Of a stretch of DNA of 64,000 nt, positions 44,455-53,930 are shown in pieces; the first letter of the stretch is position 1, and each line of letters begins with the position of its first letter. The notes under the pieces are model-generated. The model was not told the DNA's origin. It saw only the letters and a list, made by a program, of their open reading frames with translations, and did not search any database. A program made the translations under genes and the position numbers. Source of the stretch: an uncultured Faecalitalea sp. (GTDB lineage Bacteria > Bacillota_I > Bacilli_A > Erysipelotrichales > Erysipelotrichaceae); NCBI GenBank assembly GCA_946539765.1, contig CAMNHO010000001.1, positions 54,773 through 118,772 on the forward strand. Direction: 5' to 3'.

Positions 44455-44604
44455 ATGAAAAAAACAGAGAAGATCATAACCTTCACAGCACTAGCAGCTG
44501 CTGCAGCAGTCACCTTTACGGCTTGTCAGAACCGGCCGGTCGCTCTATATGGCCCGCCGGAGGACATGAATACGCAAAGTGTGGAGGTAGAGGATCAGGA
44601 ATAA
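44455..44604 (+). CDS. Small putative lipoprotein (49 aa)
   Basis: Absent from the ORF track because it is under 60 aa. SD GGAGG precedes the ATG at 44455. It has a signal peptide with a lipobox (AVTFTAC), and a strong terminator follows immediately. Confidence 0.45.
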   Translation: MKKTEKIITFTALAAAAAVTFTACQNRPVALYGPPEDMNTQSVEVEDQE

Positions 44605-44626
44605 AGAGGCATAGCCTCTTTTTTTG
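44604..44626 (+). terminator. Rho-independent terminator
   Basis: The stem aagaggc / gcctctt has a 3-nt loop and is followed by TTTTT. Confidence 0.6.
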
Positions 44627-44680
44627 GTGCTTCTTTTTCCTTGGCGTTAAAGCTAATAAGGCAGACATCAAGGAGGAAGG

Positions 44681-45553
44681 ATGAAAAGAAAGTTCTTAGT
44701 ATGGATGCTATGCATTCTCGCTCTAGGAAACAGGCTTGGGGCCAGTATCCAGGCAAAACAACCTGTAGATTATCTTTTGGAACGATCCAAACAGGAGGGA
44801 ATGATCCCGGTATTTGAAGATATGTATGACGATACCGGAGGAACCATTTCGTATCGTTGTACCAAAAAGGGAATTGTAGTGTATACATCCAAGGCTTATG
44901 AATATCGTGTAAAGGGACTCAAGATCCATCAGCTTGGCATCCAGGAACTGACCATTCAGCGCATCGGAAAGGACATTGTTTTAGAGGATCACATTACCGT
45001 GGATGTAAAGAAGAAACTGCTTTCGATATATGCCAAGCAGGATGTTATCCATATGACCCTGGGTCAAAAACCGGACTGGACACAATATGTGAGCGTTAAT
45101 GATCCGAACGCAAAGATCGTCTGTAAAGGCCAGCCAAGCCAGCAGCCGGGCATCTATACCATCGTGGTGCAGGCTCGAAGCGAAGATGGACAGAAAGCGC
45201 AGACGGAGCTGACTGTCTATGTGGAACCGGATGATTTCTACAATCAGATAGCCTTAGCGGCGCTAGAGCAGCTGGGCGTCAAGCAGGATTGCACGATGCT
45301 GGTAACAAATAGTCTGAAAGCTGTGGGTATTGATTTTCATGGAGCTCCGCAGGATTATATGCAGCTGGGAGAAAAGACAGATACGCCCATTGCTGGAGAT
45401 CTTATTATCTATGATGGACATGTTGCTGTCTATATTGGGGATCATATGGCGGTCCATGGGGGATGGAATCATGAGGATACCCAGGTACATGATGTGACAT
45501 GTTCTCAAAAGCTCCTTTGTTTTATTCATATTCGCAATAATCCATCTATGTAG
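44681..45553 (+). CDS. Secreted protein with a C-terminal NlpC/P60-type cysteine peptidase domain
   Basis: 290 aa with an N-terminal signal peptide. The C-terminal DCTMLVTNSLKAVGI...GDLIIYDGHVAVYIG...H pattern matches a Cys-His-His catalytic arrangement. Confidence 0.65.
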   Translation: MKRKFLVWMLCILALGNRLGASIQAKQPVDYLLERSKQEGMIPVFEDMYDDTGGTISYRCTKKGIVVYTSKAYEYRVKGLKIHQLGIQELTIQRIGKDIVLEDHITVDVKKKLLSIYAKQDVIHMTLGQKPDWTQYVSVNDPNAKIVCKGQPSQQPGIYTIVVQARSEDGQKAQTELTVYVEPDDFYNQIALAALEQLGVKQDCTMLVTNSLKAVGIDFHGAPQDYMQLGEKTDTPIAGDLIIYDGHVAVYIGDHMAVHGGWNHEDTQVHDVTCSQKLLCFIHIRNNPSM

Positions 45554-45626
45554 ACACAATTCTTGTTGGCATTCGTCATTCAATTGGATATAATAACAAA
45601 GTATGAATAAATGTCAGGAGGAAGTT

Positions 45627-46874
45627 ATGTTGGAATTTTGTCAATTGAGCCAGCAGGAATACGATGCATTTCAAAGAGTGCACCCGTATCGTAACTTTAT
45701 GAATACAGTCAAAGCGATGGAGGTAAAGCTTCATAATGGATGGGCTGTGGAATATGTCGGTGTAAAAAAAGACGGACAGCTTGTTTGTGCTACACCGCTG
45801 ACTTCGATCCCGGTTATGAAGATCTATCGATATTTCTATGCCCAGAGAGGCTTTCTGATGGATTATGCAGATCAGGAGGTCCTGGATTTCTTTGCAAAGA
45901 ATTTGAAGAAGCATTGTAAGAAACAAAAGGGATTGTATCTGGTATGCGATCCGAATGTGATGTATAAGGAAAGAGACATTGACGGCAATCTTGTCGAAGG
46001 TGGATTTGATCATTCCTATGTCGTGGATCATATGATCAAGGCAGGGTTTGAGCATCAGGGCTTTACTATCGGTTATAACGATGTCAGCCAGGTCCGTTGG
46101 ATGTTCTCTTTGTATCTGGATGGAAAAGATGAAAAAACGATATTGAAGCAATGCCATCAGCAGACACGCTGGTCCATTAACAAAACATTAAAGCAGGGCA
46201 TTGAGGTCCGGGAAATGTCTTTGGATGAGATGGACATCTTCTATCGTATGATGGATGAAACGGCCAAACGACGCGGCTTTGCGGAAAGAGAACATGAATT
46301 CTATCGTTCACAGATGGAAATTTACGGGGATATGGGAAAACTGCTGGTCGCTTATCTGGATGTCCAGGATTTCCGTCAAAAGAATCAGTTAGAGAAAGAA
46401 CAGCTGGATATCGAAATGGCAGAAGTCGAGAAGAAGCTGGAAGAGGTAGCTAACAGCAAGAAGTTCCTTAAAAAGAAAAAGGTATTGATGGAGGCTTACC
46501 AGCTGAATGAAAAGAAACAAAAGGAAGCCGATGAACTGGAAGAAAAATATGGATCTGTTATCTATATGGCCAGTACCTATTTTGTGATCAATGATAACGA
46601 GATCACTTATCTGTACAGTGCAACAGATGATACGTTCCGTAAATACAATGCACCGTATGCGCTGCAATGGTATATGATCCGTTATGGGTTAGAACACCAT
46701 ATTCCGAAATATAACTTTTATGGAATCAGCGGTAACTTTGATAAAGAAGCTGTTGACTATGGGGTTTATGATTTTAAACGCGGATTCAACGGAGTCGTAG
46801 AAGAGCTGGTCGGAGAATTTGTATTGCCGATCAATCCTCCTATGTATAATCTATATAAATCCATTAAGAAATAA
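45627..46874 (+). CDS. FemAB-family peptidoglycan interpeptide-bridge aminoacyltransferase
   Basis: Start moved to the ATG at 45627, preceded by AGGAGG. It shows the FemAB pattern with a central coiled-coil insertion (QLEKEQLDIEMAEVEKKLEE) and C-terminal YNFYGISG...GVYDFKRGF. Confidence 0.85.
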   Translation: MLEFCQLSQQEYDAFQRVHPYRNFMNTVKAMEVKLHNGWAVEYVGVKKDGQLVCATPLTSIPVMKIYRYFYAQRGFLMDYADQEVLDFFAKNLKKHCKKQKGLYLVCDPNVMYKERDIDGNLVEGGFDHSYVVDHMIKAGFEHQGFTIGYNDVSQVRWMFSLYLDGKDEKTILKQCHQQTRWSINKTLKQGIEVREMSLDEMDIFYRMMDETAKRRGFAEREHEFYRSQMEIYGDMGKLLVAYLDVQDFRQKNQLEKEQLDIEMAEVEKKLEEVANSKKFLKKKKVLMEAYQLNEKKQKEADELEEKYGSVIYMASTYFVINDNEITYLYSATDDTFRKYNAPYALQWYMIRYGLEHHIPKYNFYGISGNFDKEAVDYGVYDFKRGFNGVVEELVGEFVLPINPPMYNLYKSIKK

Positions 46875-46907
46875 AAAAGCTGGGAGCCTAGGCTTCCAGC
46901 AATTTTT
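46873..46907. terminator. Bidirectional hairpin between the convergent femAB-like and asd genes
   Basis: The stem gctgggagcc / ggcttccagc has one mismatch and is flanked by an A-run and a T-run. The 3' arm overlaps the end of asd. Confidence 0.4.
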
Positions 46908-47874
46908 GTAAGATCTGTACAGCGTTGGTTGCAGCGCCTTTTCGGATCTGGTCTCCACAGCAGAATAATGATAGGCTGTGTCCGCTTGGATCGGAGATAT
47001 CTTTACGAATACGTCCGACAAATACAAGGTCTTGATCGGTCGTATCTAAAGGCATTGGATATACGGCATGCTTCGGATCATCCTTTAATACGCATCCTTC
47101 GGCTTTTTCAATCAATGTCCGAGCTTGTGCCACATCGACTTCCTTCTCACATTCGATCAGAATGGATTCGGAATGGGAACGATAAATAGGAACACGAACA
47201 CATGTACAGCTGACAAGCAGATCGTCATGATGCCAGATTTTACGTCCCTCGTTTTGCATCTTCCATTCCTCTTTGGAAATTCCCAGATCATCAAAGCTGC
47301 CAATCTGTGGAATCAGGTTATAGGCAATCTGATAAGGGAAGGCTGTTGGTTTGCTGCTTGGATCCTTAGTCTGGTTATCCAGATCGGCAATTCCTTTCAC
47401 ACCGGCACCGGATACAGCCTGGTAAGTAGAGCAGATGATCTTCTTTACGTGATATTCTTTATGCAGCGCATTCAATGCCATTAAGGCAATGATCGTCGCA
47501 CAGTTTGGATTGGCGATAATACCGTGATGGGTAAAGATATCCTCCGGATTGATTTCCGGAATGACCAACGGTACATCTTTGTCCAGGCGATAGGCGCTGG
47601 AATTGTCAACAACGACGACATTTTCTTTCTGTGCCCAAGGCATCCACATCTGCGTGATATCGTTTTCTGTGGCACCTAAAGCATAATCGACATCTTTAAA
47701 GCTGTCTTCACATAATTCTTCTACAACTAAATCTTGTCCTTTATAAGGGAATACTTTTCCTTTGGAACGGGCCGATGCCAGCAGCTTGATATCGCCCGGA
47801 ACATTTCTTTCTTCCAGACATTTCAGCATTTGCTGACCAACAGCACCCGTAGCACCTACAATTGCGATTTTCAT
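46888..47874 (-). CDS. asd: Aspartate-semialdehyde dehydrogenase
   Basis: 328 aa. Contains MKIAIVGATGAVGQ, the active site NPNCATI and a SGAG motif. Confidence 0.9.
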   Translation of the reverse strand: MKIAIVGATGAVGQQMLKCLEERNVPGDIKLLASARSKGKVFPYKGQDLVVEELCEDSFKDVDYALGATENDITQMWMPWAQKENVVVVDNSSAYRLDKDVPLVIPEINPEDIFTHHGIIANPNCATIIALMALNALHKEYHVKKIICSTYQAVSGAGVKGIADLDNQTKDPSSKPTAFPYQIAYNLIPQIGSFDDLGISKEEWKMQNEGRKIWHHDDLLVSCTCVRVPIYRSHSESILIECEKEVDVAQARTLIEKAEGCVLKDDPKHAVYPMPLDTTDQDLVFVGRIRKDISDPSGHSLSLFCCGDQIRKGAATNAVQILQKLLEA

Positions 47875-47878
47875 AGTT

Positions 47879-49195
47879 TTATTCTTCCTTTCCTACAAAT
47901 GTGTTATATATCACACGAATGGTCTTTTTAAAATCTTCGGATCTGACACCGACGGTAATATTCATTTCATCACTGCCCTGGGCAATCATGACAATGTTGA
48001 TCTTGTTTTGGCCTAAGGCACCAAACAGCTGTCCGCTGATTCCCGGTCGGCTGGACATGTTTCGTCCGACCGTGGAGATCAAGGCCAGATCCTGGGTTAC
48101 TTTGACGCGGTCCGGTTTAACACGTTTTTTGATTTCCGCTACCATCTCATACAAAATGTCTTCGATATCGCTGTCGGCTACTACCAAACTGAAGGAGTCA
48201 ATGCTGCTTGGAATATGTTCGACGCTGACATTATATTCTTCCAGTACGGATAATACTTTTCGGATATAGCCGATCTCACTGGACATATGCTTCTTATAAA
48301 TATAGATACTGGTAAATCCGGTCTTTCCGGCGATACCGGTAATTGGATATGGGGATTTATACTGCATATCCTCCTGAATGATCGTTCCTTTATCCTGGGG
48401 ACGATTTGTGTTCAGGATATGGATCGGAATGTTGGCTTCCTTGGCCGGGAAGATGGCTTCCTCATGCAGAACACTGGCTCCCATGTAAGATAATTCACGC
48501 AGCTCGGAATAGGTGATGCGTTCGATTTCCTTTGGATTCTTTACGATCCGTGGATCTGCCATCAGAAAGCCGGATACATCGGTCCAGTTTTCATAGATGT
48601 CGGCATGCATACAGCGAGCCAGAATGGCACCTGTGATGTCTCCACCGCCACGAGGCATGATCATAATACTGCCGTTAGAACTGCTTCCGTAGAAACCAGG
48701 GAAGACAAAGCGTTCATATTGCTGACACTTGGCATGGATCTTAGCCATGGTGGCATCCCAGTCAATGGATTTATCCAGACGGAAGCGAATCACATCTTTG
48801 GCATCCACAAAGGCATAACCGAGGTATTCAGCCATCAGCTTGGCGCAGAAGTATTCACCGCGGGAAACGATCTCAGCCTGTGTCATCTTATTAATATTGG
48901 CAAAAAAATCATCTAATTCTTTTTCAATCGGTTGTTTCAGTCCCAATTCCTGTTTGATTCCTACAAAACGGGAACGAATCAGTTTTGTGACGTTGGAGGC
49001 ATCGACATGATATTGTCGATGGGCATCGAGCAGAAACAGAAGATCGGTGATCTTGTTGTCGCTGGACTTTCGTTTGCCGGGTGCACTGACGACGACATAC
49101 TGACGCGACTTGTCTGCCTCCACAATTGATTTAACTTTTTTAAACTGTTCGGCATTGGCAACACTGCTGCCACCGAATTTGGTGATTTTCAACAT
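47879..49195 (-). CDS. Aspartate kinase
   Basis: 438 aa. It starts KFGGSS, has an amino-acid kinase fold and carries C-terminal ACT-like repeats (ISTVGRNM..., IAQGSDEMNITV). Confidence 0.85.
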   Translation of the reverse strand: MLKITKFGGSSVANAEQFKKVKSIVEADKSRQYVVVSAPGKRKSSDNKITDLLFLLDAHRQYHVDASNVTKLIRSRFVGIKQELGLKQPIEKELDDFFANINKMTQAEIVSRGEYFCAKLMAEYLGYAFVDAKDVIRFRLDKSIDWDATMAKIHAKCQQYERFVFPGFYGSSSNGSIMIMPRGGGDITGAILARCMHADIYENWTDVSGFLMADPRIVKNPKEIERITYSELRELSYMGASVLHEEAIFPAKEANIPIHILNTNRPQDKGTIIQEDMQYKSPYPITGIAGKTGFTSIYIYKKHMSSEIGYIRKVLSVLEEYNVSVEHIPSSIDSFSLVVADSDIEDILYEMVAEIKKRVKPDRVKVTQDLALISTVGRNMSSRPGISGQLFGALGQNKINIVMIAQGSDEMNITVGVRSEDFKKTIRVIYNTFVGKEE

Positions 49196-49276
49196 AATCC
49201 TTCTCCATTTTTTTAATAGTCATTATTATAGCGACTTTATTTATGAAATACTAGTCAAACTTTAATTACAAATGAA

Positions 49277-49297
49277 ATGTACAAAGATATGTACAAA
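49277..49297. promoter_or_regulatory. Tandem 9-bp direct repeat in the divergent aspartokinase/thrC control region (possible operator)
   Basis: ATGTACAAA gat ATGTACAAA at 49277-49285 and 49289-49297. Confidence 0.25.
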
Positions 49298-49367
49298 TTG
49301 AAAACACTTGTGTTTAAAGCGTGAACATTGTATCATGAGATATATAGATTTTCAAGGAGGATCTGAC

Positions 49368-50843
49368 ATGCACGAAATATATGAATCAACACGTGATCAT
49401 GCACGTAAAATCAGTGGAAAACAAGCGATTATTGAAGGCATTTCTCCGGATGGCGGACTGTATGTATGGCCAGGTTTAGCCGATGTTTCATTGGATCTTT
49501 CGGTCATCTGCAAACAAAGCTATCAAGAGAATGCAGTCTATATTTTGCGACATCTGCTGCCCGATTATACAGAAGAGGAGCTGAAGACCTGTGTCCGGAA
49601 TGCCTATGGTCATTCCTTTGCCAGTCCGGATGTCACCCCGTTACGAAAAGTGGATGATGTCTATGTGCTGGAATTGTTCCATGGACCGACCAGCGCTTTT
49701 AAGGATGTGGCGCTGACTTTACTGCCATGGCTGATGTCTACAGCTTTGAAGCAGTATCATCAGAAAGCATTGATCTTGACAGCGACCAGCGGGGATACCG
49801 GGAAAGCGGCTCTGTCCGGCTTCCAGGACGTCGATGATACAGGCATCATCGTCTTTTATCCGGATGGAAAGGTTTCGCAGACACAATATCGCCAGATGGC
49901 AACGCAGCGTGGAAACAATGTCAAGGTATTCGGTGTGAAGGGAAACTTTGACGATGCCCAATCACAGGTGAAACGGCTGTTCCTGGATGAATCGCTTCGC
50001 CAGATTGCCGCGGATCATAAAGTATTGCTGTCCAGTGCCAACAGTATCAATATAGGAAGACTGGTTCCGCAGATCGTCTATTACTTTGAAAGCTATAAGC
50101 AGCTGGTTGCACAAGGGGTCATTTCAATTGGAGATAAGATCAGCTTCAGCGTGCCGACCGGAAACTTCGGCGATGTACTGGCTGGCTATTATGGTTATTT
50201 AATGGGCTTGCCTGTAGAAAAATTCTATGTTGCCAGCAATGCCAACCATATCCTGACGGATTTCCTTACGACAGGCGTTTATGATAAGAATCGTGACTTT
50301 ATCCAGACGATCTCACCAAGCATGGATATCCTGATCTCCTCTAACCTGGAGCGGTTACTGTATTATGCATCGGGCTGTGATACGGCATTTGTTTCCCAAT
50401 GTATGCAGGATCTGCAGACAACGGGTCGTTATGAAGTATCCAAAGAGGTATTAGAGACCATCCAGTCGCTGTTTGCGTGCGGGTATGTAGACGATGCGCA
50501 GACCAAAGAGGTGATCGGAAAAACATATGAGCAAACAGGCATTGTGTTAGATCCACATTCAGCCATTGGCTATGAAATCGGCAAGCAGGCTGCCAGCCGA
50601 CCTATGGTCACGTTGGCAACGGCTTCTCCGTATAAGTTCAGCCGGGATGTATTATCATCGGTCGGGGTTGCGTGTGACGATGAATTTGAAGCGATGAAAA
50701 AACTGGCTGATATCAACCAGGATCCGATGCCGGTCGGTCTTGCCCAGTTGGAAAGTCTGCCTATTTTACATGAGGATGTCATCGCGATCGAAGACATGAA
50801 AGAGAATGTAGCTGATTATATAAGGAAATGGTTCCATGATTAA
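49368..50843 (+). CDS. thrC: Threonine synthase
   Basis: Start moved to the ATG at 49368, after AAGGAGG. Contains the GISPDGGLYV N-terminus and the PLP-lysine motif GPTSAFKD. Confidence 0.9.
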   Translation: MHEIYESTRDHARKISGKQAIIEGISPDGGLYVWPGLADVSLDLSVICKQSYQENAVYILRHLLPDYTEEELKTCVRNAYGHSFASPDVTPLRKVDDVYVLELFHGPTSAFKDVALTLLPWLMSTALKQYHQKALILTATSGDTGKAALSGFQDVDDTGIIVFYPDGKVSQTQYRQMATQRGNNVKVFGVKGNFDDAQSQVKRLFLDESLRQIAADHKVLLSSANSINIGRLVPQIVYYFESYKQLVAQGVISIGDKISFSVPTGNFGDVLAGYYGYLMGLPVEKFYVASNANHILTDFLTTGVYDKNRDFIQTISPSMDILISSNLERLLYYASGCDTAFVSQCMQDLQTTGRYEVSKEVLETIQSLFACGYVDDAQTKEVIGKTYEQTGIVLDPHSAIGYEIGKQAASRPMVTLATASPYKFSRDVLSSVGVACDDEFEAMKKLADINQDPMPVGLAQLESLPILHEDVIAIEDMKENVADYIRKWFHD

Positions 50844-51705
50844 GGTTAAAGTACCTGCTACGACAGCCAATCTGTGCATTGGTTATGATTGTTTAGGTAT
50901 GGCATTGGACTGGTGGTCTACCTTTACCTTTGAACAAAGCACACAACTTCGCATCACAGGATGTGATCCCCGTTTTCAGACAGAAGATAATCTGGTGCTT
51001 CGTGCTTTCTATACGACATGCGACTATTTACAAAAAGAGAAACCGGTATTTCATCTGGATATACAAACAGATATACCGAATTCCCGGGGATTCGGATCGA
51101 GTGCCATGTGCATTGTTGCCGGTATCGTTGGCTGTGATGCCTGGTTCCATGCCGGTTTGAACCGGATTGAAATGCTGGAGATTGCCACCGGGATCGAAGG
51201 GCATCCGGATAATGTGGGACCGGCTATTTTCGGCCAGGCATTGACAGCTTTTATCGAGAATGAACAAACCAGTGCCATGGTGATCCCTTGTGCCGACTGG
51301 ACCGTTCTGGCGATGATCCCGGATTATGAGATTCCGACCAAACAAGCTCGTAAGGTGCTGCCGAAAAGTCTTCCTCATGGACATGCTGTCAAACAAGTGG
51401 CGCATGCGTTAGGATTCGTACAGGCTTTACAAGTCGGCAATGAAAAGGTATTGGTTGCATCCTGTCAGGATTATTTACATGAACCTTACCGGCGAAAGCT
51501 TTTACCGGAATATGACAAGGTCCGTCCCTTCTGTCAGAAAAACGAGATTGCCCATTGGATTTCCGGTAGTGGAAGTGCCATGGTCTTTATGAGCATGGAG
51601 AAAAAAAAGCTGGAAGCGTTGAAAGAATATATAGAGAAAGAACTGCAGGTTTCGTGTCGAAGCATGCAGATTGCCCGGAAAGGAGCCTATGCGAAATATG
51701 AGTAA
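50836..51705 (+). CDS. thrB: Homoserine kinase
   Basis: 289 aa. Contains VKVPATTANLCIGYDCLG and the GHMP kinase motif PNSRGFGSSA. Overlaps thrC by 8 nt. Confidence 0.9.
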   Translation: MIKVKVPATTANLCIGYDCLGMALDWWSTFTFEQSTQLRITGCDPRFQTEDNLVLRAFYTTCDYLQKEKPVFHLDIQTDIPNSRGFGSSAMCIVAGIVGCDAWFHAGLNRIEMLEIATGIEGHPDNVGPAIFGQALTAFIENEQTSAMVIPCADWTVLAMIPDYEIPTKQARKVLPKSLPHGHAVKQVAHALGFVQALQVGNEKVLVASCQDYLHEPYRRKLLPEYDKVRPFCQKNEIAHWISGSGSAMVFMSMEKKKLEALKEYIEKELQVSCRSMQIARKGAYAKYE

Positions 51706-52132
51706 ATTTTTTGTGGTCTCTTCAGACATATTGCCGGATGTACTGGAAAAGGTCATCGAAGCAAGATCTTTACTGCAGTCCGGGAAAGTAAAACGAATCA
51801 GCGAAGCGGTCAAAAGAGTGGGTGTATCCCGTGGTACCTATTATAAATACAAGGATACGGTCTTTGCCTTCGACCAAGAGCAATCGCGGCGCAAGGCCAT
51901 CATTACCATGATCATCAGCAGCGAGAAGGGATCCTTGGTGCAGCTTTTAAATGTGGTGGCAGAAAACCAGGGGAATATTCTGGCTATCAATCAAACCATA
52001 CCGATCAACGGGGTGCATACCTTGTCATTGACATTAGATATCACGGATATGGAACAAAGCATTGAGGCTTTTTTGTCCCAGTTAAACGATATGACAGTCA
52101 TAGATAAAGTGAATCTGGTGGCCATCGAATAA
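51698..52132 (+). CDS. UPF0735 ACT-domain protein
   Basis: Start moved to the ATG at 51698 (MSKFFVVSSDILPDVLEKV...GVSRGTYYKYKDTVFAF), followed by an ACT domain. Confidence 0.75.
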   Translation: MSKFFVVSSDILPDVLEKVIEARSLLQSGKVKRISEAVKRVGVSRGTYYKYKDTVFAFDQEQSRRKAIITMIISSEKGSLVQLLNVVAENQGNILAINQTIPINGVHTLSLTLDITDMEQSIEAFLSQLNDMTVIDKVNLVAIE

Positions 52133-52806
52133 TGAAAACAAAATTGTCGTTTGTGTTCGGCCTTGCCTTTACTGTGATGTGTCTGCTGGGTTCTGTACGG
52201 CTATGGGCGCTGAATGAACATTTTTATATTCAAAAATACCAGCAGATGGATTTGGCTGCCTCCTTGCGTGTAGAATCCGGGGATCTGGAACACTGTATTA
52301 CCGTTCTGATGGATTATCTTCACGATAACAGAGATGATATTCATGTAAATATCACCCAGGATGGAACCGAAAGAGAAGCGTTTGATCAAAGGGAGACCAT
52401 TCACATGGTGGATGTGAAAGCCCTGTATCAAAATGCCATGAAAGTCTGGATCGGCAGCATTGTGCTGACGGTCGGTCTGGGTATTTATCTGTTTCGGCAG
52501 ACGGATGGTCAAGTCTATGTAGCCAGAGGTATCATAGCGGCCGGCATCTGTTTTCTGTTTTTTATCACATGGATCGGTATCTGGATCGCAACGGACTTTA
52601 CGGATTTCTGGACCCGTTTCCATCTGCTATTCTTCGATAACGATTACTGGCTGTTAACTCCGGGTGTGGATTTTATGATCGACATGCTGCCCGAGCAAGT
52701 TTTTGAGGCCCTTGTGATTCGTATTGTCGTTACCTTGACAGCCCTTCTTGGCACAGCCAATATACTGGCCTTATTCACCTTAAAAAGGAGGAAAGCGCTT
52801 TTATGA
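52132..52806 (+). CDS. TIGR01906/DUF1461-family integral membrane protein (Lit-like)
   Basis: 224 aa. Contains ETIHMVDVKAL and FHLLFFDNDYWLL motifs, with N- and C-terminal TM helices. Confidence 0.65.
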   Translation: MKTKLSFVFGLAFTVMCLLGSVRLWALNEHFYIQKYQQMDLAASLRVESGDLEHCITVLMDYLHDNRDDIHVNITQDGTEREAFDQRETIHMVDVKALYQNAMKVWIGSIVLTVGLGIYLFRQTDGQVYVARGIIAAGICFLFFITWIGIWIATDFTDFWTRFHLLFFDNDYWLLTPGVDFMIDMLPEQVFEALVIRIVVTLTALLGTANILALFTLKRRKALL

Positions 52807-53351
52807 AGATCGTCTTAGCATCCCAGTCACCAAGAAGAAAACAACTGTTGGAAGAAGAGGGCATTGAGTGTATCATTCATCCCAGCAAGAGCCAGGAAAT
52901 CTTTGATCCTTCGGTTTCCATCGATGAAGCTCTAAAAAAAGTAGCCTATCAGAAGGCTAAGGATGTTGCGGATCTCTATCCGGAATATGTGACCCTGGCC
53001 GCTGATACCATCGTTCTTTTCAATGGGCAAAGGCTGGGTAAGCCAAAGGATGCCAAACAGGCTTACAGCTTTCTTCAGGCGCTATCCGGCACATCTCACG
53101 AAGTCAAAACAGGGGTATGTTTTATGAACGGGCAGAGGGTGCATACATTTGTAGATACAACGGAAGTGCACTTTCGTACATTGAGTTCGTTTGAAATAAA
53201 ACAATATGTCAACAGTGGAAGATGTATGGACAAAGCCGGTGCTTATGGGATCCAGGAGTGTGATTTTGTCGAGTGGATCGATGGGTCATTGACAAATGTG
53301 ATCGGACTGCCGATGGAAAGAGTTCGATTATTTATGAAAAAGTACGCTTAA
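52803..53351 (+). CDS. maf: Maf-family nucleoside triphosphate pyrophosphatase
   Basis: 182 aa. Contains LASQSPRRKQLL, ADT(I)V and GAYGIQ motifs. Confidence 0.9.
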   Translation: MKIVLASQSPRRKQLLEEEGIECIIHPSKSQEIFDPSVSIDEALKKVAYQKAKDVADLYPEYVTLAADTIVLFNGQRLGKPKDAKQAYSFLQALSGTSHEVKTGVCFMNGQRVHTFVDTTEVHFRTLSSFEIKQYVNSGRCMDKAGAYGIQECDFVEWIDGSLTNVIGLPMERVRLFMKKYA

Positions 53352-53410
53352 TTCTTTATTTTTCCAATCGACAGTGTTACAATCATTCATGCTAATAGGA
53401 GGAAAACAGA

Positions 53411-53689
53411 ATGATTTTAAATAAAAAAGAATTATCAACAAAATTAGCCGAAGAATATGGCTTAACAGGAAAAGAAGCAACGGCTTATGTACAGTTTGTA
53501 TTTGATACAGTAGCTGAAACATTAAAAGACAGTGGAACCGTAGATATCTATGGCTTCGGTAAATTCTCTATCGCGGAAAGAGCCGCTCGTACAGGAATCA
53601 ACCCGCAGACAAAAGAAAAGATCGAAATTGCGGCCAGCAAGAGCGTTAAGTTTAAAGCCAGCAAAGCTTTAAAAGATTCCATTCAGTAA
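53411..53689 (+). CDS. hup: HU-family DNA-binding protein
   Basis: 92 aa. Shows the pattern NKKEL...GFGKFSIAERAARTGINPQT...KFKASKALKD. Confidence 0.9.
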   Translation: MILNKKELSTKLAEEYGLTGKEATAYVQFVFDTVAETLKDSGTVDIYGFGKFSIAERAARTGINPQTKEKIEIAASKSVKFKASKALKDSIQ

Positions 53690-53705
53690 GAAATTGATTC
53701 AATTT

Positions 53706-53766
53706 GCTCCCTTTGTGAAAAACAGTGCACAAGAAACACTGCAAATCATGAAGGGAGTTTTTATAT
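53706..53766 (+). terminator. Probable terminator after hup
   Basis: The stem ctccctt / aagggag encloses an inner hairpin (cagtg/cactg) and is followed by TTTTT. A second hairpin plus T-run lies about 53775-53830. Confidence 0.4.
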
Positions 53767-53885
53767 ACACCGAATAGAGAAGAAGCCTGTCGATCACGGT
53801 TTTTACAAGGATGGCAGACCTTCTCTTTTTTAATAAAAAAGTTATAGAAATTTAAGAACTATATGGAGAAAAGCCTAGTATTTTT

Positions 53886-53894
53886 TGCTATAAT
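53886..53894 (+). promoter_or_regulatory. Extended -10 promoter element upstream of the pyrophosphatase gene
   Basis: TGcTATAAT lies 37 nt upstream of the ATG at 53931. The -35 is weak. Confidence 0.35.
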
Positions 53895-53930
53895 ATTTTT
53901 AATGAATACAAGTATGAAAGGGGTATAAAA

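Noticed and set aside
42176-45600. A genomic island integrated at tRNA-Leu with a duplicated att site
   Set aside because: I found no direct repeat of the tRNA 3' end (…CGGCCTCACCA) downstream by eye. I also found no integrase or other mobility gene. The hypothetical operon is reported as a finding, but an integrative element is not supported.
49196-49367. Lysine riboswitch or T-box leader upstream of the aspartokinase or thrC genes
   Set aside because: The intergenic region is only 172 bp and is shared by two divergent promoters. I saw no specifier or T-box sequence, and no L-box-like helices could be folded by eye.
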